A DNA stretch of 64,000 bases, taken from assembly GCA_010909165.1 (NCBI GenBank), contig MU008189.1, positions 186,001 through 250,000 on the forward strand. The letters run 5' to 3'. Of the stretch, positions 1-11,899 are shown piece after piece. A model generated the notes under the pieces. The model did not search any database and was not told where the DNA came from. It worked only from the letters and a program-made list of their open reading frames with translations. The stretch's first letter is position 1, and every line of letters begins with the position of its first letter. The position numbers and the translations under genes are program-made. This DNA is from Anthoceros angustus. Lineage: Eukaryota > Plantae > Anthocerotophyta.

Positions 1-213
1 GGGCATGCAGAGAAACTGGCGTTGGCTTACGGGCTGCTCAACACCCCACATGGCACAACTTTGCTGGTCACCAAGAACCTGCGCATGTGCATTGACTGCC
101 ATAGTAGCACCAAGATCTTATCACGGCTTGAGAAGCGAGAGATTGTAGTTAGGGATGTTCACCGAGTGCATCGTTTCCTAGATGGTTCTTGTTCATGCGG
201 TGATCGGCATTGA
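1..213 (+). CDS. 3' end of PPR-DYW:KP (DRH-type) RNA-editing factor, truncated by window start
   Basis: Frame from base 1 reads GHAEKLALAYGLLNTP...KNLRMCIDCH...CSCGDRH*. It has the HAE zinc/deaminase motif, CxxC and a DRH terminus, and is a close paralogue of 57170-57385. Confidence 0.93.
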   Translation, partial: GHAEKLALAYGLLNTPHGTTLLVTKNLRMCIDCHSSTKILSRLEKREIVVRDVHRVHRFLDGSCSCGDRH

Positions 214-527
214 TCCAGCTGTACAATGCATCGAACATGACTAACCGTAATTGTGTCTTCGACGTCATGCCTCTTCTCCCCACTTGTTGGTCGACTCGGG
301 ACAATTTCTTCAAGCTTTCTTCACGTTCCAAGCACTTTACTGGGGAAAGGGCCAACGCTACCCCACGTTGAGTATGTCGGACGGAATAACACAAGGATGG
401 AGTCGAACGGACAGCAACAGAAGGGCGCGAGTCTCACACAGCCGGCACTGGTGAAGGGCGGAATAATAAAAAAGAAATAAAATAATAAAAAATATATTTA
501 TAATTGATATCTCACGATATCACAGTT

Positions 528-599
528 GGAGGTATAGCTCAGTGGTAGAGCAATCGGCTGCAGTCCGATAGGTCATCAGTTCAATCCTGGTTGCCTCCT
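528..599 (+). tRNA. tRNA-Cys(GCA)
   Basis: Folds to a cloverleaf: acceptor GGAGGTA/TGCCTCC, D stem GCTC/GAGC, anticodon stem ATCGG/CCGAT with loop CTGCAGT, T stem ATCAG/CTGGT with loop TTCAATC, U discriminator. Confidence 0.88.
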
Positions 600-626
600 G
601 TCAACCTTCTGCTCAATGTAATGGAT

Positions 627-734
627 TTCCTTTTCTCATTTTATAGCCAAAGTATATATATCCCGTCTTCGAAGAGTTGGACTTCCTTTTCTCATTTTAA
701 AGCCAAAGTATATATATCCTGTCTTCGAAGAGTT
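627..734. repeat. 2 x 56-bp tandem repeat
   Basis: ttccttttctcatttta.agccaaagtatatatatcc.gtcttcgaagagtt starts at 627 and again at 683. Confidence 0.85.
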
Positions 735-935
735 AAATAGGGAGGGAGGTACAGCTCAAAGCCAGAGTGTATATCATGTCTTAGAAGTGTTAAATGGGGA
801 GGGAGGTATAGCCATGTCTTAGAAGTGTTAAATGGGGAGGAGGGTATAGCTCAAAGCCAGAGTGTATATCATGTCTTAGAAGTGTTAAATAGGGAGGTCA
901 TCAAAGTGTTAAATAGGAAGGTCTTGGATGTGTTA
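735..935. repeat. Degenerate tandem array including tRNA-Cys 5'-end fragments
   Basis: Repeated tagaagtgttaaat(a/g)ggga units, three followed by ggaggta(c/t)agc, which matches the 5' end of the tRNA at 528. Confidence 0.7.
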
Positions 936-944
936 AATAGGAAT

Positions 945-1213
945 GAATGTAGAGACTTTATGAAAATAACGAGACAGGGAAATTCCATCTACCCCATGGC
1001 GAAAGGGGACAACCCACGACGGGGCACCAAGCCAGGGGAGCGTGCCCCCGCACTAATCTACCTATAACCCCCAACCGCTCCCAAGATGTCGCGGTCCGAG
1101 ATAGGGAAGGGCCTACATACCACAGGTACCGCCGATGCCTCGTCTCCAGCACTCATGATCGTCTTACACATGGTGGTGGCGAACACCCTTTGCAGGGTGA
1201 TGGAAACCAGTTG
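945..1213 (-). mobile_element. 3' terminal fragment of a CRE-like non-LTR retrotransposon
   Basis: Peptide VSITLQRVFATTMCKTIMSAGDEASAVPVVCRPFPISDRDILGAVGGYR aligns with MQRALAKAIFRIVSNAGNIASSAPVVSRPFLIPDYDMLGAVGSFR at 52085-52297, which follows a CCHC/REL-type region. Confidence 0.6.
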
Positions 1214-1251
1214 CGTTAAATAGGGAGGTCCTAGAAGTGTTAAATAGGGAG

Positions 1252-1331
1252 GGAGGTACAGCCTAGTGGTGGAGCAATGAGCTGCAATCCGATAGGTCAT
1301 CAATTTGATGTTTTTAGTCCTGATTGCCTCC
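1252..1331 (+). pseudogene. tRNA-Cys pseudogene
   Basis: ggaggtacagcctagtggtggagcaatgagctgcaatccgataggtcatca...cctgattgcctcc is colinear with 528-599 but has mispaired stems and an enlarged T loop. Confidence 0.75.
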
Positions 1332-1675
1332 ATTTCTTTTATTGCCTCAATTCTTCATTCATTTCTTTTTTATTAATTAATTATTACTTTTCTAGTCTTC
1401 AGCTTAGTGTTTAGTCCTAATTACCTCCTTTTCTTTTATTTCCTCAATTCTTCATCCATTTCTTTTTTGATTAATTAATTACTACTTATCTAGTCTTCCT
1501 CAATCCCATATGCTGTTTTTTATTTTATTAACTTTTACTACCTAATAGTTTAATTTTCTTAATTAGCTACACTGCTGGATAATGAAAGCAAGTCTTGCAC
1601 ATGGCAAACTGGTGTGCCCCTCAACAGGCGGATTCACCCTTTGTGGGGCTTTCTTTTGTGAGACTTAAAGAAAAA

Positions 1676-1828
1676 GAAGAAGAAGAAGCATTTTATTTAA
1701 GTCCACTAAGGACGGATTTCTGTCATGAGACTTGGTACATAACAACTTGTACCATGGTGTGCCTAAGCTATTTGCACCAAGGGCATCCACTCCCTTTAGG
1801 CACCCCATCTAAGTACTGATCTAAGCCA
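1676..1828 (-). repeat. ~150-bp dispersed repeat, copy 1 (possible retroposon 3' tail)
   Basis: Reverse complement of 8784-8933. On the minus strand it ends AATAAA followed by (CTT)n. Confidence 0.75.
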
Positions 1829-1899
1829 TTTGGACACACATTTATTTAAGCTCATTAGACACTCAGCTAGCACTAAATGAAATTAGAATGAAATTAGGT

Positions 1900-4260
1900 T
1901 CGCATTATAAGGTCGTTGAGTCAACTCATGAAGATTTTCTTCGTCCATCCGCACTATAATAGCAAAACACTTGAGCTATGCGGCTATCGGTTAAAATGAG
2001 GAACCAAATATGATGCCTCCTCCTCTCAACCAACGTCTCTTGAGGCTGTCGTGGCAGGTTTGGGGCAATTGATAGAACATTATCCCAGAAAGGGCCTGTC
2101 ATGGAGGATGAAGCGAGAAGCCAAAGCAGGGGGAGAGAGGGCCCAATTGCCCAAGAAAGCTGCCGGGGAAGAGACCTCCAGCGAGAGCAGACCTGTGCCT
2201 TCAAATTGCATGTAGGGACGCCGCCACAGCGATCACCCATGTGGCACTCAAGCCCCCGAGCCTGTGGATGTCCCCAAGAGAATCCATAATCTTCCTATCA
2301 AACCACCGCAGCCGGGACAAAAGGGTCGGGGACGGAGGCAGCGTACGGATGAGGTAACCAAGTCGCCTAGCAAAACAGGAGGAAAGAATTCCAAAGGCCA
2401 TTTGTGTATCCTCCTGCAAAGGGAGGTGCTCGATATGGGAGAGGCTCTTTGCGAGAGCCTGGTCCAGGAAGCTCCCGATGAAGTCAGGGGAACTGAAGGG
2501 GACCCTTAGAATCCGTAGTCCCAAAGCCGAAGCAATCTCCCCAGCAGGAAACTGCAAAGTAGGTAGAATTCTCGACGGAGACCAGACACGGCACTTGGAC
2601 AGCTTGACCTTCAAGCCCACCAAAGAAAGCTCATGAGAGAAGAGCTCAAAGGCCTCCTTGACTTTGTCCCTAGGCCCGAGGATGTGAGAATCGTCTGCCA
2701 GCGAAGGGAAGACAGAATCGCGCGCTGAGAAGGCGGCCCTAGATAGGGCCCTATGTGGAGCAATGACGAATAGAGCATCGCCCAGGGGGTCGCCTTGCCT
2801 GGTACCTGTGGTCGATTCCAAGATGTAGACAAGAATATTGAAGAGACGCTTGGCCGGGTAGCGAGGTTGGAGGACCTCCCAGAAGCACCGACAAAGGTAT
2901 AAGGCTCCCAGACGCCGCCAAGATCCTTAAGCTCCTCAAGATGACGCCTTAGAAATGGTATTGAAGGCGTTCTCGACATCAACTCAGAAGACCACCCACC
3001 TGTGGGTATCAAGGCATGCCTTCACCTAAGCACTCTGCACTACGCCTGAGTGGCAATGCCAAATTGAAGGGGTTGAGGTGCCGGAGAAGGAGCGATCAAT
3101 AATAGTGCGGCTAAGAAGCCGCATGAAGGCTTCCCGACTGCCACCGCAAGAACATGGGAACCGATGAGGCCTCACCCCGAGCCACCGCAGCCGCGAGAAA
3201 AGAGCTCGGGAAGCCACTAGATGGATCTTCGGGAGAAAGGTCCCTAAGGTGTTCAAACACCATTCCCGACAACCCGCGATGAAAGACGGGGTCGAGAGAG
3301 TGCTGAGCAAAAGCCGCCGATCCAGTGGAGAAGGGATCCTCTGGGACATAGTCGGATATGTCCGGGGGATGGCATCCTTGGGTGCTGGATGGAGGGCACG
3401 AAGGGCAACAATGGTCTCTTCATAAGCGGGGGCCAGGGGGAGGGGTCGAAGAGCTCTGGCAGTGCGAGCATATTCACCTGCTTGGCCAAGCAACTTGTAA
3501 CGGCGTAGGTTTGTTGCATTACCCAGAACCTGTTCCAACTGCTGTACGGATTCTGCCCGAGCCTTGGCAGCACGCAAAGCCTCCTCCTGGAGGGATGCCC
3601 AGCACCAGCCCGAAAGCGCCGAAGACGGCTTGCAACTTCCCGATGCCCAGAAGCCCCACCCCTAGTACACTGAAGGCACCACCGGGGAAGAAGCAGGAGA
3701 AGACACCAAGCTAACTCGTCCCGGGGATCGAGCGCAAGGCGACTTGACACCGCAGCAGAGTTGAGCACAGACAGGACACGGAGTGTTCTTGACAGTCACA
3801 GAAGGTGTAGACCGCCCCATTGGGTAGGGTACTAAAAGAGCCTGCAAACGCCAGTCGGAGGGTGATAGGGCCGAGGAGGTACCGGGGACCGGGGACAAAA
3901 CGACCCCAGCCTTTACCAGACATACAGAGTGTGAGCTCCGTATGGCGAACCCCAAGAGGCCGGCCAAAGAGCCTTGCATAGAGGGACTGCAACCCACAGA
4001 ACCACTGCCGACCCACCAAACTAGCGCCCGCACCTACAACTCGCAACCAAAAGCGGGAAACTCTACCACGGAAGAAACTCAACAAAATCCAGGAAAAGTA
4101 AATTCCCACCGCCTGCAAGAACACACGCACCGCCGCACTGCGGTACACCGCGGCGGCACTCGACCGGGTCAGCAGGCCGGCAGCCCCGCCTATGGAGCCG
4201 TAGGCAACCGGGGCCCCCTGCACTATCTGCCCAACTCTGGCCGGTGGTGCACATAGCATG
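1900..4260 (-). mobile_element. CRE-like (RLE-type) non-LTR retrotransposon, frameshifted and truncated
   Basis: Peptides AWCLLLLLPRWCL..RGG..GHREVASRLRRF, YARTARALRPLPLAP....IVALRALHP and RT core GTRQGDPLGDALF...SLADDSHILG. Confidence 0.8.
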
Positions 4261-7200
4261 CAATGTTTCCTAAAGTAATCAAGTCACACATAAAGCATAC
4301 CACAAAGTGGTGCACACAACAAGCAAATATCACAACTTATTCAAATAAAAATTGAACCAGAACTATAAGTATTCTCATATAGATCAGAAGTTTTCTTAGC
4401 CTTCTTTGGACTATGCAGAATTGTTGCCAGTGTATTTCTTCTCGCTTGAGTTCAAACTCCAATATGATTTTCTTCTCGCTTGAGTTCAAACTCCAATATG
4501 ATTTTATTCCTCATGCATATGCTCAATCTTTGCACGTGGAAGGAGGCAACAATGAAAGAAGCAAGTGCGCGATGGCAACCCGACTAAGATGACAACTCCA
4601 AGGCCATGGCAACTCCAAGGCCATGACAACTTTAGTGTGCGATGGCAACTTGCAGGGACAAAGTTTTTATTTTTACACCGGATCCACATTTCCCGCCCTT
4701 CCCTTTGTGCGTATGTATTGCGATACAAAGTTGATTTGGATACCACGGAAAGGACTCGGGACTCGATATCCCCGTCCTTACGACGGTATGTACCGTGCTT
4801 CCCTTTATTAGTCGGTTCCTCACAATACGGGATACCGGATTATGACTCTGTGCAATGTGAGGAGCCCTTCAGAGTCACGAGCCATAGCTTGCATTCAAAA
4901 ACCCTCAGCACTACTACCGGGAAGCGAGTCTGGTCACTTGGCTGTCCAGGGCCCTGCAGGAAGCGTGGCAGACTCATATCTCAGACCGTCCTTTCACGCT
5001 CCCGATTAGGAGGTCCAAGTAGGGAGGGTAGACTGTACTTACTACCTAACTCATTAAACTCTATTGAGGCGTATTATCCCTTAGAGCATAGCTCCTATGC
5101 ATTACAGTTGGCCAACGAATTCACTTCTTTCCAACATCCGTAAAAGCTGGACAAGTACGATACCGCATCACATGGGTTGGACAGACCTGGACACGTTGGA
5201 TCCAGCAGCATATACGTTGCACGGACTGGTAGACGGAGTTGGAAGCGTCAAGCGAGGCTGGACAGGGCTTTCATCTAGGCTGCTCACCGGCACAACATCT
5301 GATGGTTGTCTTTTTTTCGATGTTCAAATTGCAGCTTTGCAGAGTCGATTGGATTGGAGAGAGGAGTTTAAGAACACCGCCGGTTTTGACTCATAGGAAG
5401 ATCCACCCACACTCACCACACAGGACTGATTGTCCACAGGTTACGAAGAGAAGGGGGACAATCTCGAGAGACCTGCGACCCTGCATTACGAGAAAAAATT
5501 GTGCCAAACGGAAGGAGCTTCAATTGTACGGGCAGGATGAGGTTAATACAGAAAAGTGCATCGGAGACTTAAAAACAACCTTACCGGTTGCCCATTATCA
5601 GCAAGCAGTGGATACTAACCTCACAGTGTTGTACAAGAAAGATTACCCATCCTCTGTGTCAGTTGCTCAAAGATTCAACCAGTATCCCCATCAGAAGCGT
5701 CACCCAGCCACAACCCTTGAATCTTTGAGAGAGACAAAAACAACTTTGGTCACAACTCTGAAGTAATATCAGGGGCTGCTGGAGTGGCCATGCTTCAAGT
5801 GAGGTGCTCAGCAACACGGTCACCCAAGATACGGGACTCTGCAGCCAAATTGCCTAATCCTGCGAATAAGCCTCCCCTCAAGCAATCCCATGCTGCAAGG
5901 AGGCTTCCTGAAATGGAATTTGATGGGTTTTGCTGCCATGATGAGGGGGATCCTGCAGCCTGAGCTAATTATTCTCCTGTCTTTCACGCCAAACCTGAAT
6001 GTCGGTAACGTGGGTGCTGACCTGATTTCTGTGAGTGTAACAGTTACCTGCAGCTGGTCACTGTCAACCACATTGGAATCTCCATCTGAGTTTTCTCCTG
6101 TGCTGTCCTGGAAAGGCTCCAAAGCTGGGCTCTGAAGTCGCAGCCTGGGAGAATGCTCAGAACCAGCCAGCCTCAAAGCTGTATCCAGGAAGTCAGGCAC
6201 CGTGGTCTTTCTCTTCAGCATCTGCGCATTGGTATCCAGAGGTGCTTTTTTGGCTTTTGTTATCCTTTTTGGATCGCCTCCTTTGCCTTCCAACAACCAC
6301 CTATTACAAGGTCATGCGGTCAGGAAGATAAGTCGGTGGTCACCTCCATCTGACGTAACAGGGGATTAATAAGGTGGACTGACACAGAATCAAAAGTAAG
6401 TCTCACTTGTCCCAAAGACGCTTCGCCTGCACCTCATGCTTCACCAATGCCTCACAGCACTTTTAACACAAAGAAAAGTAACAAACAAGGACATGTCAGC
6501 TACTGGAATCCTCACATTTCAGCAAAATTAATCGGCAACCTCTGATCTCACCTCCTCCCAAGACATCCAAGCAACGTTTACGCAAATGGAGCGCCAACAA
6601 ACATGGTTTCGTGATAAAAGGTCATGCTCCACCTACAAGTGCAACAAAGAAAGGTAAAAGTCATAGACGAGCCATCGAACTATTGCCACGAAATGTCCAT
6701 CCAGACACCATCCTCTAAAACAACATGTTTAGCTGCCCAGGATAACTTTGCTGTTTGCGTCTATGAAGTCTGCACGACCACCAACTAACTGTTCAATGTG
6801 GATATTAGTACACACTTACTGGGAGTCCAACTCGAACCTTCAGGACACTGTGCGAAGACTGAGCATAGGCTTCGATATAGTTCCTGATAAGACTTGAGAT
6901 GCTGCACACAAGCGCGCCAAGTACGAGCTCAGGCTACAATGTACAACCCTCCTAACAACCAGTAGAAGAGAATCATCCTTGTAGCACTTCAGACAATCCA
7001 CAAAAGAGCAACGGCAACTGTATACAAGTGTCACACCACACTGAACACACACAAGGAAGCACTCTCAATACAAACATCCTTAATGCTCATGGGGTGGGCA
7101 CTCACAGTGATGCCTTTCCATCTAATACCTTGACATGGTAGTGCTCGACATGAGGATCTTGAATGGCTATTTGGGTGTCAAGTGAGGTTCGCATAGACTT

Positions 7201-8783
7201 TACCAGCAGCTATGATCCCATCAATGTCGTCCATTCTCACCTGTCAAAAGTCAAATCTTTGTCCATCAGATCAGGACGGCGACTGATCCCTAGAGCACCA
7301 TACTTTCCACCGTGCCGCAACACGAGAACAATGTGCTGATGCACCTGCTCAATAGTAGAAGCCCTCAAACCGTGTCAATGACAACATTTGTCCACCCTAT
7401 ACAGGAAAAATTACCAAGATCAAGGGAGAAGCGTGAGATACCTGTCCTTCACATTCCGTCTTGAACGACAAAGGAATCCTATCAACATCAGTCAGCCCAG
7501 CCTGCAACGTCGCAGGAGAACGCATTAGGTGGATGCAAGTTCCAGCTTGCAATGTGTGCAGTGATGTCTCTGTATCTTGAAGAACAAAAGAAAGACGTCA
7601 GTCACTCGGTTTTAGCAGGATGAAGTGAGCAGACTATGCGAGACAGGTGAAAACTCCTTAACAGTGATTCACCTACATTCGAGGCTTTCTCACAACACAA
7701 CTTTCACTGTTGAATTTTGCTGAATTTCCACTACTTACTGTCAGGTAGAGCGCCAGAAAGACGGCCTCAACGCACTTGATAGGCTGGGGGCTGTACACAA
7801 TCTAAAGAAAAGGAGGCATTTTCAAGGAACAGCTAAAAAAAAAACCAAGAACTCTCGGTTTCGACAACAGAAGTGTATAAACTGGCCTACCATTCTTGCA
7901 GTGTCCATGATGCGAGACAAGGGCCGCAGCTTGTGGCTGTTAAAGTGCGTCTCCGGTGTTTGCTTGTACTCAAATGACTTAAGGTACTGCAGTACTAAAC
8001 GAGAACATCTTCGAACGTCAGTACACTTGCCCAACCTTACCTGCTTTCGCAAGACAACAGAATGCAGACCTTCTTGCAAGAGAAGCAAGAAACGTCGCGA
8101 GCACCTGAGCGAGTGATTAGAATCACCTGCCTCGCTGCCTTCAGGCGTGCCTTAGTCGGCAGATGAAAGTACTGATCAGGTAGTCTCGGTTTCACAGTCC
8201 GACCAGACGGCTCGCAAGCTGCCGGATCGGCAGCCATTGCACGCTCACTGCCAAGTAAAAATTTTCGGCTCAATTCTCTCGCTATAACTTGGCCACGCCC
8301 AGGAGGCGGCACTTATCTCTGGAGTGAGTGACTTGCTGGTGAAACTGAAGGCTTAGGCCATGGTTGCAACGATCAAGCTTGTGCCGCATTGCAAGCGAGT
8401 CGGTCAAAGGAACCTGTCCAACGACCAAGGTAGAAATCCGTGAGCACGTCCAACATGAAAAAGATAAACCGAAGCGCACAAATCGCAACGACACCGCTGT
8501 CCACAAAGCCTGGCACGCGGACGACGCACGCATCGCGCATTCACAATTCAACCGCCCGTGCGCCACAGCGGGAGCGAGCGCCGTGGAGGCGCTCCAAATG
8601 GCACGGCGAGGGCGAAGCGTCGCAACGGAACGGACGGAACGAGCCTGGCGGGAACGAACCTTGCGGCCTGGTTGTTCCCGCTGCTTTCCGATGAAGTCAC
8701 GCAAGTCCGAAAGCTCTTCACCAGGTTCACCTAGGCCAAATGGACACACATTTATAAGAACGCCGTGATTAAGCATCCTGAGC

Positions 8784-8933
8784 TTGGATCGGTACTCAGA
8801 TGGGGTCCCTACAGGGAATGGATGCCCTTGGTGCAAGTAGCTTAGGCAACCATGGTACAAGTTGTTAAGTACCAAGTCCCATGACGGAAATCCGTCCTTA
8901 GTGGACTTAAATAAAATTTTTCTTCTTCTTCTA
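8784..8933 (+). repeat. ~150-bp dispersed repeat, copy 2
   Basis: Inverted relative to 1676-1828; ends aaataaaatttttcttcttcttct. Confidence 0.75.
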
Positions 8934-8941
8934 GAACCCCT

Positions 8942-9322
8942 GTCCAGTGTGAACCCACCATTTGGTTCGGTCCAAGACCTTGCAACTTACAATCCCTTTG
9001 TCCGGCTCAAATGCAGCGCTCCATACATACAACGAAGTGTGAGCAACTTACAATCCCTTTGTCCGGCTCAAATGCAGCGCACATACAACGAAGTGTGAGC
9101 ACGCTGTAAGCGCTCCAGTCCAGTGTGAACCCACCATTTGGTTCGGTCCAAGACCTTGCAACTTACAATCCCTTTGTCCGGCTCAAATGCAGCGCTCCAT
9201 ACATACAACGAAGTGTGAGCAACTTACAATCCCTTTGTCCGGCTCAAATGCAGCGCACATACAACGAAGTGTGAGCACGCTGTAAGCGCTCCATACATAC
9301 AACGAAGTGTGAGCACGCTGTA
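8942..9322. repeat. Hierarchical tandem repeat (176-bp period, ~60-bp subunits)
   Basis: gtccagtgtgaacccaccatttgg at 8942 and 9118, each containing two aacttacaatccctttgtccggctcaaatgcagcgc subunits. Confidence 0.85.
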
Positions 9323-9349
9323 AGGACGGATTACCGACACAAGCATTTT

Positions 9350-9497
9350 GATCTGGAGTAACCCCGTAGGCCGTTAACAACTGGAGTAATCGCGTGGGGC
9401 ACTTACAACTAGAGTAATCATATAGGGCCCTAACAATTGGAGTAACGTTGAAGGACATTAACAACTAGAGTAATCCCATGTGACACTAACAACTGGG
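9350..9497. repeat. ~28-bp minisatellite with one conserved and one variable half
   Basis: Core (t)aacaactrgagtaa(t) recurs about six times with 12-13 nt variable linkers. Confidence 0.7.
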
Positions 9498-11342
9498 CGC
9501 TCCGCACGCTTCGGGAACAAAGGCTTGTTAGCCCAATAGCCCATGAAGATGGGGGATGGGTGGGACCCCATCCGAGCACTCATTCGTCTCAAGATGTTGG
9601 GCATGTTCTTGAGTTATGATGGACATGGCTGTTTTTTCTTCTTCAAAATCACATGTTCCACACATTTCTAACGAACTTTGGTCAAGGGTGTCACGTCTCA
9701 AGACGTTTCATAAATAATCACTGAGCCAAAACGTTCGCGAATCGACTCAAAACGGAGTGACTCAATCTTTAGGGATAATATGTCAATATTTGCTCATCAA
9801 GTTTGCCTTCCACAACTTTCGGAGATATACCCTCTTAGTCTACATTTCTTTCTTTGGTAGTATGTCTGCCATAAATATTCCTTCAAATGTAATGTCTGTA
9901 TTTGTTCCCAAATTTCGGACATTATTAGGCACACCCTATCATATTGTTGTGGAGTTATTAAATTTTTTTACAATCAAACATGAAATATGTTATTTTTAGA
10001 TTATCGGTCTAATGGCAAAAAGTTCGACAACTTCATTCGGCATAATTTTATTTTCTTACATTTGGTTCGTTAGATGATTCATACATTTTTCACATTTGTT
10101 AATATATTGGAAAGTAGCAAGGTATCTCATAATAATAGCTTTATGTCTTAAACTCTTTTGTGCATTGAGTTAGAAATATGCTTGGATAGATCATGCCATA
10201 CTGCCATTGACATCTAAATGAGCTAGATTTTGTAACAATACAGTATCAAAGTTAATAGTATGATTAATTTTATCCAAAAATGTATCATAACACTTGAGTA
10301 CACCACACTTGATTGCTGCCTTCGTGAACACCTTGGGTGATTAATACAAGATGGATGTTAATGCCTTCCTTGATGAGATTAGATGTGTGAATGAGTATTG
10401 CATAGTCTCGAATACTTGAATTCCAAGTGGTATCGTCTTAGATAACTTCTCTTTCAATTAAAAACCATATTAGATCATGAGTGGTTGGTGAAATGAACTA
10501 AAGTGTGTACAATACTGCACAATTTCACATTAAGCAATTGTAACTGGTGGAATACATCCACAGGAAGGATGGGCTCCCCCCATCATTTTTTCTCCCTTGA
10601 TAAAACCTTCCCATCCACAAGACTCATCAGAGACTGTGGAACGCAAAAGTTTGGGCAACTAGCTTAAATGAGTTCGTTTTGAAACAGGCCCACACTCTTT
10701 TGCTAGAAATGGTTTGGTGAAGACATGCAAGGAAATTTTTGCTCCTTTGAGCGGAGTTGTAGGACCATGTCGGAAGGCAGAGAGGATATGCAGGAAAAGA
10801 AACGGGTCAAAACGACTCCTGAGGAGAAAAGGTAACCTACATGAGTGGTAGGAGGTGTCCTACCACCGTAGGAGAAACTCCTACCATGGTAGACGAGGGT
10901 AGGAGAGATCCTACCACCAGGAGGATGACCGCTAGTGTTTTGATCACCTACTGTAGGAATAGCTCCTACCATGGTAGGAGAGGGTAGGAAGGTATCCCAC
11001 AGAGAAACTCCTACCGTGGTAGGAGAAAGGGAAAACGCCTACCATGGTAGGAGGATGTCCTACCACGGTAGGAGATAGGTTTCTAAGGAAGGTAGCTTAT
11101 GTTTTAGGCGTGATAGGCTTGCTATATATAGAGTCTTTTAGTGGACTAGATAAATAGGCCAAAATAGGTAATTAAGAAATTAGAGGCTAATTTTCAGTAA
11201 TTAGAAATTAGAAAAATAGGGAAATGGTATTTTAGTATAAGGAAATTAGGAAACTAACATCAATGGTGGGGAAAGGGGCCACGTGGCACACATCCAAGGG
11301 GCAGGATAGAATGGTAGTTACTTTTCTAACCCTTGGGTGACT

Positions 11343-11349
11343 TATAAAA
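11343..11349 (+). promoter_or_regulatory. TATA-like box upstream of the LTR-internal ORF
   Basis: TATAAAA, conserved at 37274-37280 in the 3' LTR. Function is inferred. Confidence 0.35.
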
Positions 11350-11899
11350 GTGGTCAGTGCCCGCAGGAGGCCACAACTCGAAACTTGAAGAGACGCCTCC
11401 ACAGAAGGCGCCGCCACACCTCAAGCTGCCCAAGGCCCCATACAGCAACGCCACTGCACACGCGCCTTGAGGAGGAGAAGGAGGGCGCAAGCTCAAGAAG
11501 GAGGCGAAATCCAGCGCCCAAGAGAGGAAGAAGGAGGAAAAGAGAAGAAGAGAAGGGAGAAGAAGGTTGGGGCAACCCAACACTTGCCAAGCTCGTGAGG
11601 GTGCCTAGGAGGGTGGAGCGTGGCAAGATTGCTAGGAAACCGTGCAGGAAGGGCTCCTAAATTGCTGGTGTAAGAGTCCGTGGGGAATTTTGGTGAGCTT
11701 TCTGCAGGAGAAATCGGGGTTTTGGGGACGCCAAGGTGTAAGGGCAGGAAGGAGAGCAAGGGCAAGGACCTTTGAGCTGTGAGCAAGAGCAAATCACGAG
11801 GAGGAGGAGAAACGCTTTGCAAGGATAAGAAGTCAGGAGCCGCAGGAATTGCAGGAGAGGCATCACTTTTCTTCAATTTCGCAAGTACTAACCAAGGAG

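Noticed and set aside
4500-8350. Possible decayed L1-like ORF1/endonuclease on the minus strand
   Set aside because: Only isolated hints (an NVYA peptide near 5200); no convincing GDFN, SDH or RT motifs, so it is left unannotated.
9350-9497. CRISPR-like repeat/spacer appearance
   Set aside because: Core (~15 nt) and linkers (12-13 nt) are far too short and degenerate, there are no cas genes, and the context is eukaryotic.
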